NCBI GenBank assembly: GCA_037379345.1
Contig: CM074512.1
Location: forward strand, 11,036,001-11,100,000
Direction: 5' to 3'
From: Perna viridis
Taxonomy: Eukaryota
Length of the DNA: 64,000 nt
Part shown: one piece after another, positions 26,425 to 39,174 of the stretch
Layout: each line of letters opens with the position of its first letter
Numbering within the stretch: position 1 is the first letter of the stretch
Made by a program: the position numbers and the translations under genes
The notes under the pieces: model-generated
The model's input: only the letters and a program-made list of their open reading frames with translations
Told to the model about the DNA's origin: nothing
Databases searched by the model: none

Positions 26425-26796
26425 ATACTTGAAAGTACAAAGTGGCATTGCTATTTTTGTATTGTGACCCGTAATTAACGCTGTCATTACTAGGACTTTG
26501 TAACAATGTCATCTGTGATGTATCTTTTATCTTTTGATATTAACGCAATCAGCATATGAAATCATATGGTCGTTGTACTTTTTAGTTTTTGTGGGTAATG
26601 ATAACTTTCTGTAGTATATCTGGGACTTCATTTTTATTGCGCAATGTTGATTGGACCCGTTACAAATTCTATTTTTTCATGTGTTAATTTTTTTAATGTA
26701 TGTACTTTATTTTTTGTAGCAGTCTTCATGAATATAAGACAAGTAATGATTCAAAAACTGACTCAATTACTTTTGTTTCTTATTCAATTTGTCAAT

Positions 26797-27555
26797 GAGT
26801 TATCAAGGGAACCAAAATTATATCGGAAAGCCAGGGATAAATACCAGACATTGAAAACAGATACACAGAACAAAGAATATAAAATGATCAAAATAATACG
26901 TACAAAGCAACAAAGGTAAATGAGCACTCCACTATAAAATGGGAGCATGGACCAGGTGCACTGGTAGGGTAAGCGTCTTCTGCTTTTCTATAAACACCCA
27001 CTGAGTTGCACATAAAAATTCAAGTCCATTGTAGACGAAAGGGTAAGAATAACTATGACACGTTGAACAGATTTGTTCTCGTGGTGCAGATAGATACACT
27101 GTAACGATGCACGAGTGCATAATGACCATCATAAAAATTCTGACATAAGGTATGAGTAGTGATATGAAAACGACATACGCTGGTGCTGAAGGGATATTGC
27201 AACAGACGAAAGGAAAGTTGACAATACGGAATGAAAAGTCATCGCGTTTAACGAATAGTGTGATCAATAGTTTTCCTTTACCATCGCTGGCTACGTGTAG
27301 GACAAGATACGAGACTGAGTGCACAGTGTCTGTAGTATCCTTTAACTCAAGTTCTTTGGGGGTAAATGCTATGTATAAAATCCACGAAACTAGGATTGTT
27401 TAACGATAATATGTCATCTATATAGCGGATATGGAGATTTAAGGATCTAGCTAAACGATGTTCCTTTCTTTTGAATCAGATTAGTTATAAAGACAGCTTC
27501 ACAAATGTGAAGGAAATGGTCAGGGAGTAAAGGAGCACATTTTGTTCCCATTGAA
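26797..27555 (-). mobile_element. Decayed Penelope-like retroelement of the same family (RT core to 3' UTR)
   Basis: Frameshifted MGTKCAPLLPDHFL (RT motif 4), IRYIDDILSLNNP (catalytic YIDD, about 27412-27429) and KRDDFSFRIVNFPFVCCNIPSAPAY; 3' UTR matches 1130-1343. Confidence 0.75.
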
Positions 27556-28169
27556 TGCGATGCTTTGGTGAAAAATGGACAAATCGTATTCCTTCCGTTG
27601 TACAGCCAAAATCTGTGCAATTACAACGAAGGTCAATGAGTAATTTGCATAAAATATAAATGTCGTATTACATGGTGTTGATTAACCACGTGCGATTAAC
27701 AGTAATCACCCCAAAAATTCCGATATATATTAATTAATTCTTCAGTTGTTTGTATACTTTGAATATATTAATATATGTTTTCATACAAAAATGTGGACCT
27801 GCGTAAAAAAAGTTGAATTGATTTACTCATTGACCCTCCAAACTTTACTGAACTATTTTCCTTTGCGTATTGCGATTGGTTATTTTAGCAATGACAGACA
27901 CGGTCGCGTGCATTTCTTGTCAAAGCTGTCTGTCATACAAAACAACGAAAACGGAAGAACTGCATATCTGTATCTAGGTGTACCGTCTTTTTTTTTTAGT
28001 AACAACGATATATACTGTTTTTTGAGGCGGGATTTTAACTGAACAAGTATCGTGGTAGGACTGACAATCTCCATTGACAGCTGTGAGTATAGAAGTTTAA
28101 AGTTTTGAAAGAGGTATGGTGGTACTTGTTGCAGATCCAGCTATGTCAATCAGTCGTTGTACTTTTGAG

Positions 28170-28910
28170 ACAACTAAAGGCTCTAAAGAGCCTGAAGCGC
28201 TCACCTGGTTCGGTAAGCAGCATTCTATTTTTGTAAAAGCGACTATGTTTTTTTTTCATGGCTAAACAGATTTACATTAATATTTAACCACAGATATATC
28301 TCATCATGCTGAACATTTTATCTTATGTCAAGATTTGGCTAAACTTAAATGTTTTGGAGAAAATTTATAGGCGAAAAACTTTTGTCTGACCACTATGTTC
28401 TGTTGTTAGTAACAGCGGCCATGTTCTTGGATGGATGAAAAATACCCACTTCTATTCTATGCAAAACACTCTAATGAACATTCATACCAAGTTTGGTTCT
28501 TATTTTGTCTGGTATTGTCAGAGGAAAAGATTTTTGAAAGAAATAACATAAACATAGCGAAAGAACGTCGAAAAAAGGCAATAACTCCAACATGGCTGAA
28601 CAGATTTACACTAAACAGTGACAACTGATAGATCTCATCATTCTGGTAACTTTTACCCTATGTCAGATTTTGATCAAACCTAATGATTTTGGTGATGTGT
28701 GCGAAAAACTTCTGTCTAATCCCTATGTTCTATTTTCAATAACGACGGCTATATTTTTCAATGGATAAACGATCCCCACGTCTGTCCATGCAAAATACCC
28801 TAAAAAACATTCATATCTAATTTGGTTCAAGTTTTGAAAAATTGATAACGACGACGACGGACGCCAAGTGATGGCAATAGCTAACATGGCCGTTCGTACC
28901 AGGTAAGCTA
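28170..28910 (-). mobile_element. HINE/pearl-like non-autonomous element
   Basis: Terminal hairpin ggctct-aa-agagcc plus gctcacctgg at the left; a roughly 334-bp internal repeat (catggct.aacagatttaca at about 28257 and about 28591); gacgacgacggacg microsatellite and ccaggtaagcta at the right end. Confidence 0.55.
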
Positions 28911-30799
28911 GAATTATATAGATTTTGTAGGAAATCAGCACATTAATAGTGTTGTTGTTTTTGATTGGGTTTATTTAAAAGATTTTTTTCTCCATAATAC
29001 AGAAATATATACAAAAAATGACTATACAACTATATTTATATCGTTGGTTTGATGAGATTTTCTGCAGCTTGTATCACCTCTACCATTGGCAGTGTCTAAA
29101 TTCCAAGTGACTTATAGTACTTTTAAATATCTTATTGCTTATAACAGATTGCTAGTTCCACTAAAATATATGGAATGGGGCATTAACGGAATTAACGGAA
29201 CAAACATGAGCTTAGTATGGATGAGGAACCCTCCACTAAAACGAATTAACAAATTGGAAAAGAACTTCAATTTGTTTTTAATTTTAGGTCAAAGGACCTG
29301 TTCGTTGTGTTCGCTAGTTTCTCGTTGTCGTGAGTTGAGTCTGCTAAAAGAATGATTGTAACACTTTAAAGATTCGTTTTCATTTTTTGAAGTATAAGGA
29401 TACTTTCTGTATCTTTTTTCGATATAAAAATACATGAACGTGAAGGGGGCATTTTCGTTGTTTCACTGATGGAATAATTCGTCACTTTTTACATGTTCTG
29501 TTAGTTATTTTCAGTGTTTTTATTTGAAAAATCGAAATTATGAAAACTCATTTATTTGATCATGGTTATCTACAGAGCATTCATGATAGTATTAGAGTCT
29601 TGCTATGTGAAAAAAAAAGACTACCAACTCTGGGATAACATTTAATGACTCTGATTAAAGTTAAATTATAATTATGCATTGCCTACCCACACGTGTTTGG
29701 TTAGAAAATGTCGATTTAAAGGATTTTAAGAAATCTAGAAACCAATAAAATATACATCTGTTTTGCATCTTTATCAGTCTATTTGGCTCACCATGATGTC
29801 TGTGGAACCATAACCTGATTGAAGTCTTAATGAATTTGCAATCACTTATGTTTGTAAGTTTCTTATATGGAAGATTTGAAACCACTATCTCAAGAGAGTC
29901 AAGTATCAGTTTAACACCTTAGGAACCCCACAGTCGAGTTCTAACAGCAAGACTTAGACATGAGAGGTGAGGATTGCTTCCATTGATTTATCCACCAGAA
30001 ATTGACAAAACTAATCCTTGTCATTTGAGAGCTTAACCTCAAATTCGGATGCAGTAGTCATCTCATTACAAACATATACATTACAAATCGGATTATTTTT
30101 CCTTTAAGAATATAGATTTATCATAACTTTTAAAATTTCCATAAAATCATACTAAACGATTGTGATAGAGTCAGTTTTTGAACTAATTATACTTATTTCA
30201 TAAGAACTTATATATATGTATGTTTTTCTTTCTGATTTCTGATAACTATGAAAAGTTCCCAGAGGCTCAGATATGCGTGCGCAACTTCCAGATTTTGATA
30301 TGCCTTTTGAAATACAAAAACATGACAAGTTCAAAAAGATAATAAGATGATTTGGCACTTTAATGGGACAACAAAGTCAATCAAATTGAAAAAAAAAGAT
30401 TCCTTGTTTAAAAATGGAAGACGGGGAATGGGCATGATCGACTTGGATATATATTTCCAGAGTAAACAAAACACTTAAATACCGTATCATAAATGAACCG
30501 ATTGATAGTTGGACACAAAAAACTAGACATAAAATATGGCGACCGAAATATACTTGGGAAGTGTACGGATTTAGCCAATATCAACTTGTTACAAAAAATA
30601 TGTTACCGCTTTTTTATCGGAAAGCGCTACGATCGTGGACGAACTTTGTTTTTATTACAATCGGATCCGTATCAAGAGAGGATGTCCTAAAACAAAGGTT
30701 ATTTGGATAATAAATAAGGGTTATAACAAAATTACCGAACACTAATCCGATTAAAAATCAAGTCAAGTCCAAAATAAAGCTTGCAAAAATAAAATATTA

Positions 30800-31270
30800 C
30801 CCCAGGTAGCACGAACCTTTTTCGAAACATTTTATTTAAAGTCTATTGGTAGTTTGCTAAAACATTTTCAGCAGAACATTTTAAAATCGTTTTTAAAACA
30901 TGTTGATTTTTTTCAAAATGTTTTGATAACGTTTTTGAAACATTTTACCGTTTAAGTTTGAAAAGGTTTTCAGAACTGTTTATTGAAATATTGTTTAAAG
31001 GTTTAAATAACATGTCATTGTAATGTTTTTGGATCTGTTTTTAAAACATTATTTGGAGATGTTATAAAAATGTTTCCTATATGTTACGAAAAAATATTTT
31101 CTGATAATGTTTTTATTACATTCCTTTGAATCATTTCCAGATATGGTTTTAGTAGGTTTTCTGAAATGTTCATTGAATAGTTGTAGAAATGTAAGAAGAA
31201 CATTTTAATAATTATTTTTTAAAAACGTTTTAAAACGAATTTAGAAAATGTTTCTAAACTTTTTTAAATA
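30800..31270. repeat. Degenerate array of short palindromic AAAAYRTTTT motifs starting at CCCCAGGTAGCAC; probable DNA-transposon end with subterminal repeats
   Basis: Many aaacatttt/aaatgtttt/aaacgtttt units at roughly 20-30 bp spacing; no matching opposite end seen. Confidence 0.4.
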
Positions 31271-33426
31271 ACATATAAAAAAAATTCATAAATATCAAAT
31301 ATGGAATAAGAAATAAATAGGCAATGAAATTGAAATTTTGATAATGTAGCACTATAAGACAATAGAGGCTATATATAATTAAATTCATTATTTAAAAATT
31401 TCATAAATTGACAAGAATATTATACACATGCATTATACATGTACATGTAATACTAGTCTTCTTAATTTGTCATGCATATTTGATTTACAATTGATTCATC
31501 CCAATTTACTGTTTCTTGACTTTCAATTAACCAACAGCGATGATATATAGATGATTGCATCTCCATGGAAATATTAAGATAATAGTGTAAATGGAAGGCC
31601 ACGTGCTGCTATTAAAATAGGTTATAGTAAATCTTTGCCAGTGTGTGTACTATCTTACACACGTGTGCAAAGAGCACACACTATTTTGAAGACTTTTTAA
31701 AGAACTGGATCTGTCCAACAAGATATAAGTATAATGCTTTGTAATTAGATAGTTAAAAACTTTATGCCAAAGTACTTTGAATTAATACTAGTCTGTGTAA
31801 CCTTGTTAACAGAGCTGGTCAATTACTCATTTTACAATTTCCCAGTCACTAGACAACATTGCACTGTGAAAACAAACACTCAAGCGATTTCTGATTTTGT
31901 ACCGCTCCGGAAAATTTACGTGTTTCTGCGTTTCAGGTTTTGTATAATATTGATTCAATTGCATGTCCGGAACACAGTGACAAAGTTAACATGTCAAAAT
32001 TTATATCAAACAATTAGGTGTTGACCCCGCACGGAGTAAGTTTTTAACTTTTAATTATTTTCTAATGATAGATAAATGACTCAGTGAATTAATTGATAAG
32101 TTTATATTGCCGTACTTTGTGTAAATGGGTATATTTTGAGCGTCACAAAAAATGTCCTAGATATTAACCCGGTCACTAGTTTTGCCAATGTTTATATTCA
32201 AACTTTACGTTAATTCCTGACCAAACTTGGTACTTTTTAATTATATGTCAAAGACAAGAGAATGATGTTTCGATAAAACAGATCAAAAATATATTTGTTG
32301 TAATAAAGAGTGGTCATTTTTTTTTTCAGACGAACGAGACAAATGTAAAAAATTATTACTTACAGGGCTTGTGAGGACATGCTTAATTCAGTTAATTTTT
32401 TTTTCTCTTAATGACAACATTTATATTCGTTTCGGCGATAAACTTCATCGGCATGTTGTAGGAATTCCGAAGGACTACAACTTGATCATTTACTGTATTG
32501 TACTGAAACTCAGTTTATGGCCAAAGATCCTTTTAAATCTGATTTGATAAACATTTTATTTGTCCTTTCCTGGATTTGGATGTTTCCATTTCACAAGGTA
32601 AAATCGAAACTAAAGTTCAAATATTTGAACGAATGAAAGCTTTCGTTTTCGATATTCCTTGGTGACCTGCATGTGCTATTCTCACAACTTGGGGAGTGTC
32701 TTGCATATGCATATGCGGTCGATCCTTTTGTGACAGAATAGCTCCAAGTCCAACTGGACTTCCATCAACCAAAATGTCCATGTCAAGTTCCGGATCATAG
32801 TTTGTCATTACGCATTTCGGTTTCACTAGACAGTTCTTGTTTGAGATTTTCGAACGATTGTTGACGCTCTTTGGTCCACTCCCAAGTAGTGTCTTGGAGA
32901 GTCAATCAACGTAGTGGTTCACATATTTCTGCAGAATTCCTAATGAACCGGGACGAATAATTAGTCATACCCAACAGACTTCGCATTTCGGAAATGTTTG
33001 TTGGCGTTTGTGCGTCTTTCACAGCTTGCACCATTTTTCGGATCTGCAGAAATGCCTTCTTTTGAGAATACGATTCCAAAGAATGCGATCCTGTTTCTGT
33101 TAAATTCACATTTGACTTTATTTACGGTTAATCCGTTTTGCTCTAAAGCTTTCATTGTCGCACCTAAAGCTTCGTCATGTTCTTGTTGTGTTTTCCCATA
33201 CACAATTATGTCATCAGATATGTTTTTTGCATTTGACACGTTGTGGATTACGCCACAAACTGTTTCTTGAAATATTTCGGAAGCTGACGATATTCCAAAA
33301 TTTAGTCTCTTGGATCTGAAGAGTCCTAAATGAGTAATGAATCTGGTTATATAATGTGAAGTTTCTTTTACCTCTACCTGATGATAGCCCGATCTAAAAT
33401 CTAGTTTGCTGAAATCGGAAGCTCGT

Positions 33427-34816
33427 TGTCACGCCGCCGCTGGCTAGTGTGTATCTCCTGATAGCGCATTAACACTACCAGGGTGACTGCACATCATGTT
33501 TTACTCTAGTTACTAGTGTTGGTGCCGAATGTATTATTTGTGGGTTCTATAGGCACCTAGCTAGGATATCATGTGTACATATATATATATAACAAGTGTG
33601 AATACATAAGGTATATTTTATAATTACTTTATCATTTCATGGACCGCACACAGCAACACACAATTAATATTATGTACCAGATTTGGTGCTTAAAGCGGAA
33701 ACATGCGACACCAGCTCCAAGCTTGGTGCAACAAAATGTGGTGCCATGAACCAAGCTTGGTGCGTGGCCGCAAAAGATAAAAGTTCCGAAATTTAACTAC
33801 GGTAAATAACATAATTCCATAAAATATTCGATTCTGTAGGTATGCCATTGGTATTAAACTTTAAACAGCATTTTCTACAATAAACTTAGCAACCGTAAAC
33901 GTTTTAGTCAAAAGTGCACCAGAAACGGTGCTTGGTGTTACTACCGAACATGTATGAATAAAGTACTCAACCAGTGCTTATATTCAATACGAAGGAATAA
34001 CTAATCTATAAATGGCGTAAATAATGAATAATAATTACCATCGCGACTGCGGAAGTAAGATGAGCTTGCGACATTCTGAAACGTTAAAATAATAGAGAAA
34101 ATCAGGAAAACAAGACTTGACTGTTTTAAAGCATCAGAAAAAGTGACACCGAGTGACGTAATTTTCACACTGACGTCATAAAAATATTGACCAATCAGAA
34201 AAATATAACGTCGAAAAACGTCCGGGCAAAAGCATGTAAAAACAATGGAGATCGGCTGCCGTGTATTTTTCGATATAACCATGAATACATTATTATATCA
34301 ACATGTCATAAAATACCAAGAATATACAACAAATCCTTCGTATAACAGGTAATAACGCGTTCTATAAATATTCAATTTAATACATATTTACAGTTAAAAA
34401 TAACAACAGAAGCTTCTCACCTAGTGCCGAAAAAGTTGAAATAAAAACTCATCATGAAAATAACAACAGGGTTTACATAACAAAGGTTGTTAATAAATTC
34501 CTTTAAACCCGTGATATCTATATAGTCTTGTGAAATAAGACTTATTTTCCTACAACACAAAGTAAACAATAACGGTAAACAAATTTGCATATTATGATTT
34601 CCGGTTTACATTGCCAATACACAATGTACTTTTACCATGCGAATGTCAACAATGACTCGTAAAACAGGAGTCTTAATACAATATTTTGAGAATTTCTTAA
34701 ATGGAATGAATAATGCACAAGCACTAGTACTTTAACAATGATATGATCAACAATGTTTCACCTAATAAATTAACAAACAAGGCAATGCATACGATAAGAG
34801 ACTGGCTGGCACAACA
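33427..34816 (+). mobile_element. 1.39-kb non-coding insertion splitting the Gypsy RT; solo-LTR-like
   Basis: Interrupts LPTIEEIIH | ASDFSKLDF; termini TGTCACGCC...GGCACAACA (TG..CA, imperfect inverted repeat); AATAAA about 50 bp before the end; no clean TSD. Confidence 0.55.
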
Positions 34817-36417
34817 CTGTGTATAATTTCTTCGATCGTTGGTAATAGATGTCGCTTTATTCGCTTCACGCATGTCTTAGCACAAACGAATCTCATCTAG
34901 GTTCTTTTCTGGGCAGGGTCACAATAGGCGAGACCCATGGACTTGGAGTATTACCCACTCTCTCTATTATATTTTGGTCTAGAAGTTTATTAATTTTCTT
35001 TTCAGCTTTTGGACTAAGGTGGAAAGGCGTTCGCCTATCTCTTTGAGCGATTGGTTGAACATCTGTGTCAATATGGAGTTTTACCTGACCTCCATTATAC
35101 TTCCCTAATTTCATCTTTTAATACATTTGGATATTTTAGTTCGGTGTTCATTTTGTACACTTGTCGATAATTTTCACTAGTCCCAACTGTGTCGCTGTTG
35201 TGTATCCATTCAATGCACCATGTCCTCCTTCTACGACATAGAATGTGTGTACGTCATATTGATGTTTTGTTTCGATTTCAACTACGCATGTCCCGTGAAT
35301 TTTTAGTGGTTTGTCTCCGCCATAAGGTAGCAGTTTAGTGTTGCTTTTCTTTTACTTTGGGGACCCAATGTTTTTATAGGTTTTGTCATCAAGGATATTT
35401 ACTGTCTCGCCAATATCGATCATCATTTTGCATGTTTTTGTGTTTAATTTTACAGATATTGTTTGAGATTTTTTAATGGCACATACTATAGGAGCTTCTT
35501 TAATAGTAAATAAATACTCTTCGTCTGACGATGACTAATAATTTGTCTCTGTGTGTGGATCACCAGTTTCAGTTTGTATTTCATTTATACGTCGCCTTCT
35601 TGGATAAGTTCGCTTCCTCTGTTTATTTCTAAAAACTTTTGCGTAGTGATTTGGTTTATTGCAGGCATTACAACTTTGACCTTTGACCGGACATGGCCCA
35701 TATCTATGTGGAAATATGCCGCCACAGTTTCTGCACCCGCTTGATCTTGGTTGTCTCTGTGTATGTGCAGGTTGACAATTACTAGCCTGAGCCTGTGTAG
35801 ATTGTTTATAATTTGTTTGGTTTTTTTTTTTTTTTTTGTTTTCTCGCAGGCGTTATTTTATTTATGGATTGTCTCTCCATTTCTGTTGCTTGTGCATCAG
35901 AAAATTCTAGTGTTCTAATGTTCTCCCGAGCGTCAAAATGTGATTTAATGTTTTGTATGGGTCACGGAGCGCCCTTCTGCTTAGACGACTAGAATTGACG
36001 TTTTGGATGACCTGGAATAGAATTTCCTTGTCTATATTTTGGAATTCACATGTCTTGGCAAGTTTTCTCAATTCGATTACGAATTCATCTAACGACTGGT
36101 CCTCGTTTTGTTTGTATGAGCGGAATTTATACACCTCCATTTGGACAATTTTCTCAGGTACAAAATATGTTTTTAATATTTATTTTATTTCATCATATGT
36201 CGCCTTTTCAGCATCGTATATGTCGTATGCTGTTTTGCCAGCATAGTGAAGATGTAGGGCTTTTTTACGGTATTCATTGTCAATTTTAAGGATAACAAAG
36301 AGGTTCTCGAGTCTATCGACCTATCGTTCCAATCCAATTTGACTTGTCACTCTCATAATCGAATGAGGGGAAATGTGATAGATATCCGGCCATTGTGTTT
36401 TGTTACTTCATTGTTTA

Positions 36418-36428
36418 CCTCGTCGCCA
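36418..36428 (-). other. Primer-binding site TGGCGACGAGG (complementary to the 3' end of tRNA-Ser(GCU))
   Basis: Lies 1 nt after the LTR-terminal CA and about 25 nt before the gag ATG; animal tRNA-Ser(GCU) ends in CCUCGUCG-CCA. Confidence 0.7.
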
Positions 36429-36429
36429 T

Positions 36430-36583
36430 TGTGATGATTTTGGTGGTATTGAAGAGACAATGGAGTGTTGACACCTTTATTCAGGAACCATGTGTTTCCT
36501 TTTCATATACAAAAACAAATCCGGACCATAAATACAGATTGTGTACCAAGATAGATAACTCTTAATCATTTGAGGTTATTACA
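36430..36583 (-). repeat. 5' LTR (about 154 bp) of the Gypsy element
   Basis: Minus strand TGTAATAA...AATAAA...ATCATCACA, immediately followed by the primer-binding site. Confidence 0.6.
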
Positions 36584-37616
36584 TTTCCTTCACTTTCTTA
36601 GGCTAAGAATTTCAAAATTAATCATTATTATGTAATTTTAAAAATGTAACAATATAGCATATAAAATCGAACAGACTCTTACTTAATTATCAAACGTAAC
36701 ATTATCACCTTCATATACCTAATGATAATACCAAAGTAGTTGCTACAGTTTCCCCCCGTAGTCAGTAGATTGTATTTATTTGCTTCTTTTGTGGGTTTTT
36801 GTCTTTAAAAAGAAATATCAAACTGGAAGGTGTGCACGCAAATCTGAGCGTGTGGAAATTTTTCATAGTTATCTCTCATTGGTTTTCGGGTCGCCCTAGT
36901 AACATTTTTTGCCATTTTAAAACACCCTCACGATCAAGAATCACCTGTAACAACAACGCAAAAATATTTGTATCTTGAATACTGTAATCCGAGTTTTCCT
37001 GGCAACTCCAAACACGACGGCGTCCTCCATTCACGGCGACAAAATGTTTTGAAAATACAGGAGAGCGAAAGTGCAAGGGAGAAAATGTTTGGCACTTAGA
37101 ATTCCCACTGTTAAGATATCTCAGTAAAGCAACTTATATGGAAGCCAAGGACAAGTTTCTAAAATTCTAGTAGGCATTCTATTATATCTTGATTCATTAG
37201 AAGGCAAAACATTGTTTACATATTTGTTTTGTTAATCTAATCATCGCGCAATATTATATATAGAACGCGGCCTGTCCGATAGGTTTAATTGTTATTTTTG
37301 TACTTATAGACCAACTTTACAACTTAATTATAAATCAAATCCCGAGTGAGTAATAATAACGTGGAACTTATATAACGATTTTGTTTTTTTTTTTTTTTTT
37401 CGTTTTTTTTTACATTCGGGCAAAACAAATGTGGCAGGAAATAACGAGACCACTCATACGGTGTAAAATGTTGTGTACTGTGGATAGATAGATAAATAGA
37501 TTTATTTGATTAAATATCAACATATGCAAGCATAGTGAAGCACATTAACATATCACAGACTTATGATATATACATATTTGATTAAAAGTTAAAAGACTTT
37601 TTTAATCATACATTTT

Positions 37617-38123
37617 TCCCCGTGCAGGTCCGAGTGACAAAAGAATAAGCCTGCAGCAGCGCTAAGCTTATCGTAAAAGGCGACTAAATAGTGCTCAGAA
37701 ACCTAGCCGGGGGCAACAGAGCAACTGGGATGTGTGCCCCAGGTGGTGGAATGGGGTACCCCTGGCATGTTACATGCTAGGGATGTCAGGCTATAATACG
37801 GAAAACCTGACCGCAAACCATAGTGGTGCACCGTGTTGGGAAAGATGCCACGTTCCTCGCACGTTAAAGAACCCTGCTGTGGTATTCGATAGGAGTAGGA
37901 ACCTTTGCGCTCCGCCACAGGAGGCTAAATTGCCCGACCTTACCCATCCCTCCCTTTTTCTAGTGGCAATCAAAATTTGTCGACCCTACTGTCCTTGTGT
38001 CCCTTCCCGTTTTTCATTTCATCATCATTTCATGTTCATTTTATCATCCGTTTCATGTTCATCGTCTGAATATAGCTGAAATATTGCTGCTCGGACGTTA
38101 AACCCCAACAATCAATCAATCAA
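37617..38123 (+). mobile_element. Intact 507-bp non-autonomous non-LTR retroposon (SINE-like) with (CAAT)n tail
   Basis: Perfect 14-bp TSD TAATCATACATTTT at 37603-37616 and 38124-38137; GC-rich island in AT-rich DNA; LINE-type 3' end ctgaaatattgctg...gacgttaaac...(caat)n. Confidence 0.88.
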
Positions 38124-39174
38124 TAATCATACATTTTAAATATGATAATGATAATTATACAGAAAATCTTTTTAAATAATTGTAATAATGACTAAAATAG
38201 CTAAACAAAAATGTTAATATCAAATCGGGATAACCCATGAAAGCCATATATTTTATTTCCAATGGGGTCCCAGTATGTCATACATCTTACTCAACTAAAT
38301 AAACAGTAAATAAATTATCTTATGACTTAGACAGGTTATAGAAATATATCAATACCTAATACAATTAATTTGATCTAATTTTTTTCTACTAAATATTCCT
38401 TAACATTGTTTTTGAACCATTAATATATTTTTTTCAAATGATTTGGTAGTGAATTCCAATCAATAATATCATTATAAATGAATGTCATTTTTTGTTGAAA
38501 TTTGATCGTTGGTACCCAAATTTTAAACTCACTTGACCGTGAAAAGTACTGATGACAATCTCTGACTTTAGTAAAGTTATCCTTCATATAAGGTGTACTT
38601 TTATTATAAAATGTTTTTTTTTCAATTTGATATAATTTTGATTGCAGTTTTCGTAAATCAGATACCCCATGTTGTTATCTTTAGTATCTTTTGTCAGTCC
38701 ATAACAACCGTGTGAACTGACTTCTTTCCTTTTTCTACCTTTCATATAAGATAGTACCGTTTCTTTTGTTCCCTAAGATCCGACCCACCGACTGATTTTT
38801 TTATCATTACTAGTTACGCTAGCTTGGTCAATGACGTAAAAATCGATTTGTTCATTTAAATGTCAATTATTGGTGATTATTTCATATCAGTGAAAAATCA
38901 GTAATATCAATTGGATAAAACCTTTTCACGTGGTATTAATTAATCTGCAGTAAAACGTTTAAGCAGTCAATACCATGATATGATAATACTAACGGGAATT
39001 ATCATATCGTGGAAATAACCGATTACGAGTTTAGAGTTATTCCAACGCATTCGTGATCAAGCAGTTGTCAATGTAAATATGGCGAGCTGCAAGTCTGCTC
39101 CAGGCGCAGAAACACGATTTGGATCGCTTTCTGAAACAAACAAATCAAGGATATGGTTCCTCAATGAAATAAAC

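Larger units (their letters stand above)
32430..36583 (-). mobile_element. Decayed Ty3/Gypsy LTR retrotransposon (Mag-like), internally deleted, no 3' LTR seen
   Basis: Gag ATG at 36393; zinc knuckles CRNCGGIFPH..CPVKGQSCNACNKPNH (about 35640-35740); degenerate protease MMIDIGETVNILD; RT SPWVSPIV, FSKLDFRSGYHQ, NISDDIIVYG; RNase H VDGSPVGLGAILSQ; integrase zinc motif IAHAGHQGISKTK. The PR-RT-RH-IN order is the Gypsy arrangement; many stops and frameshifts. Confidence 0.9.
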
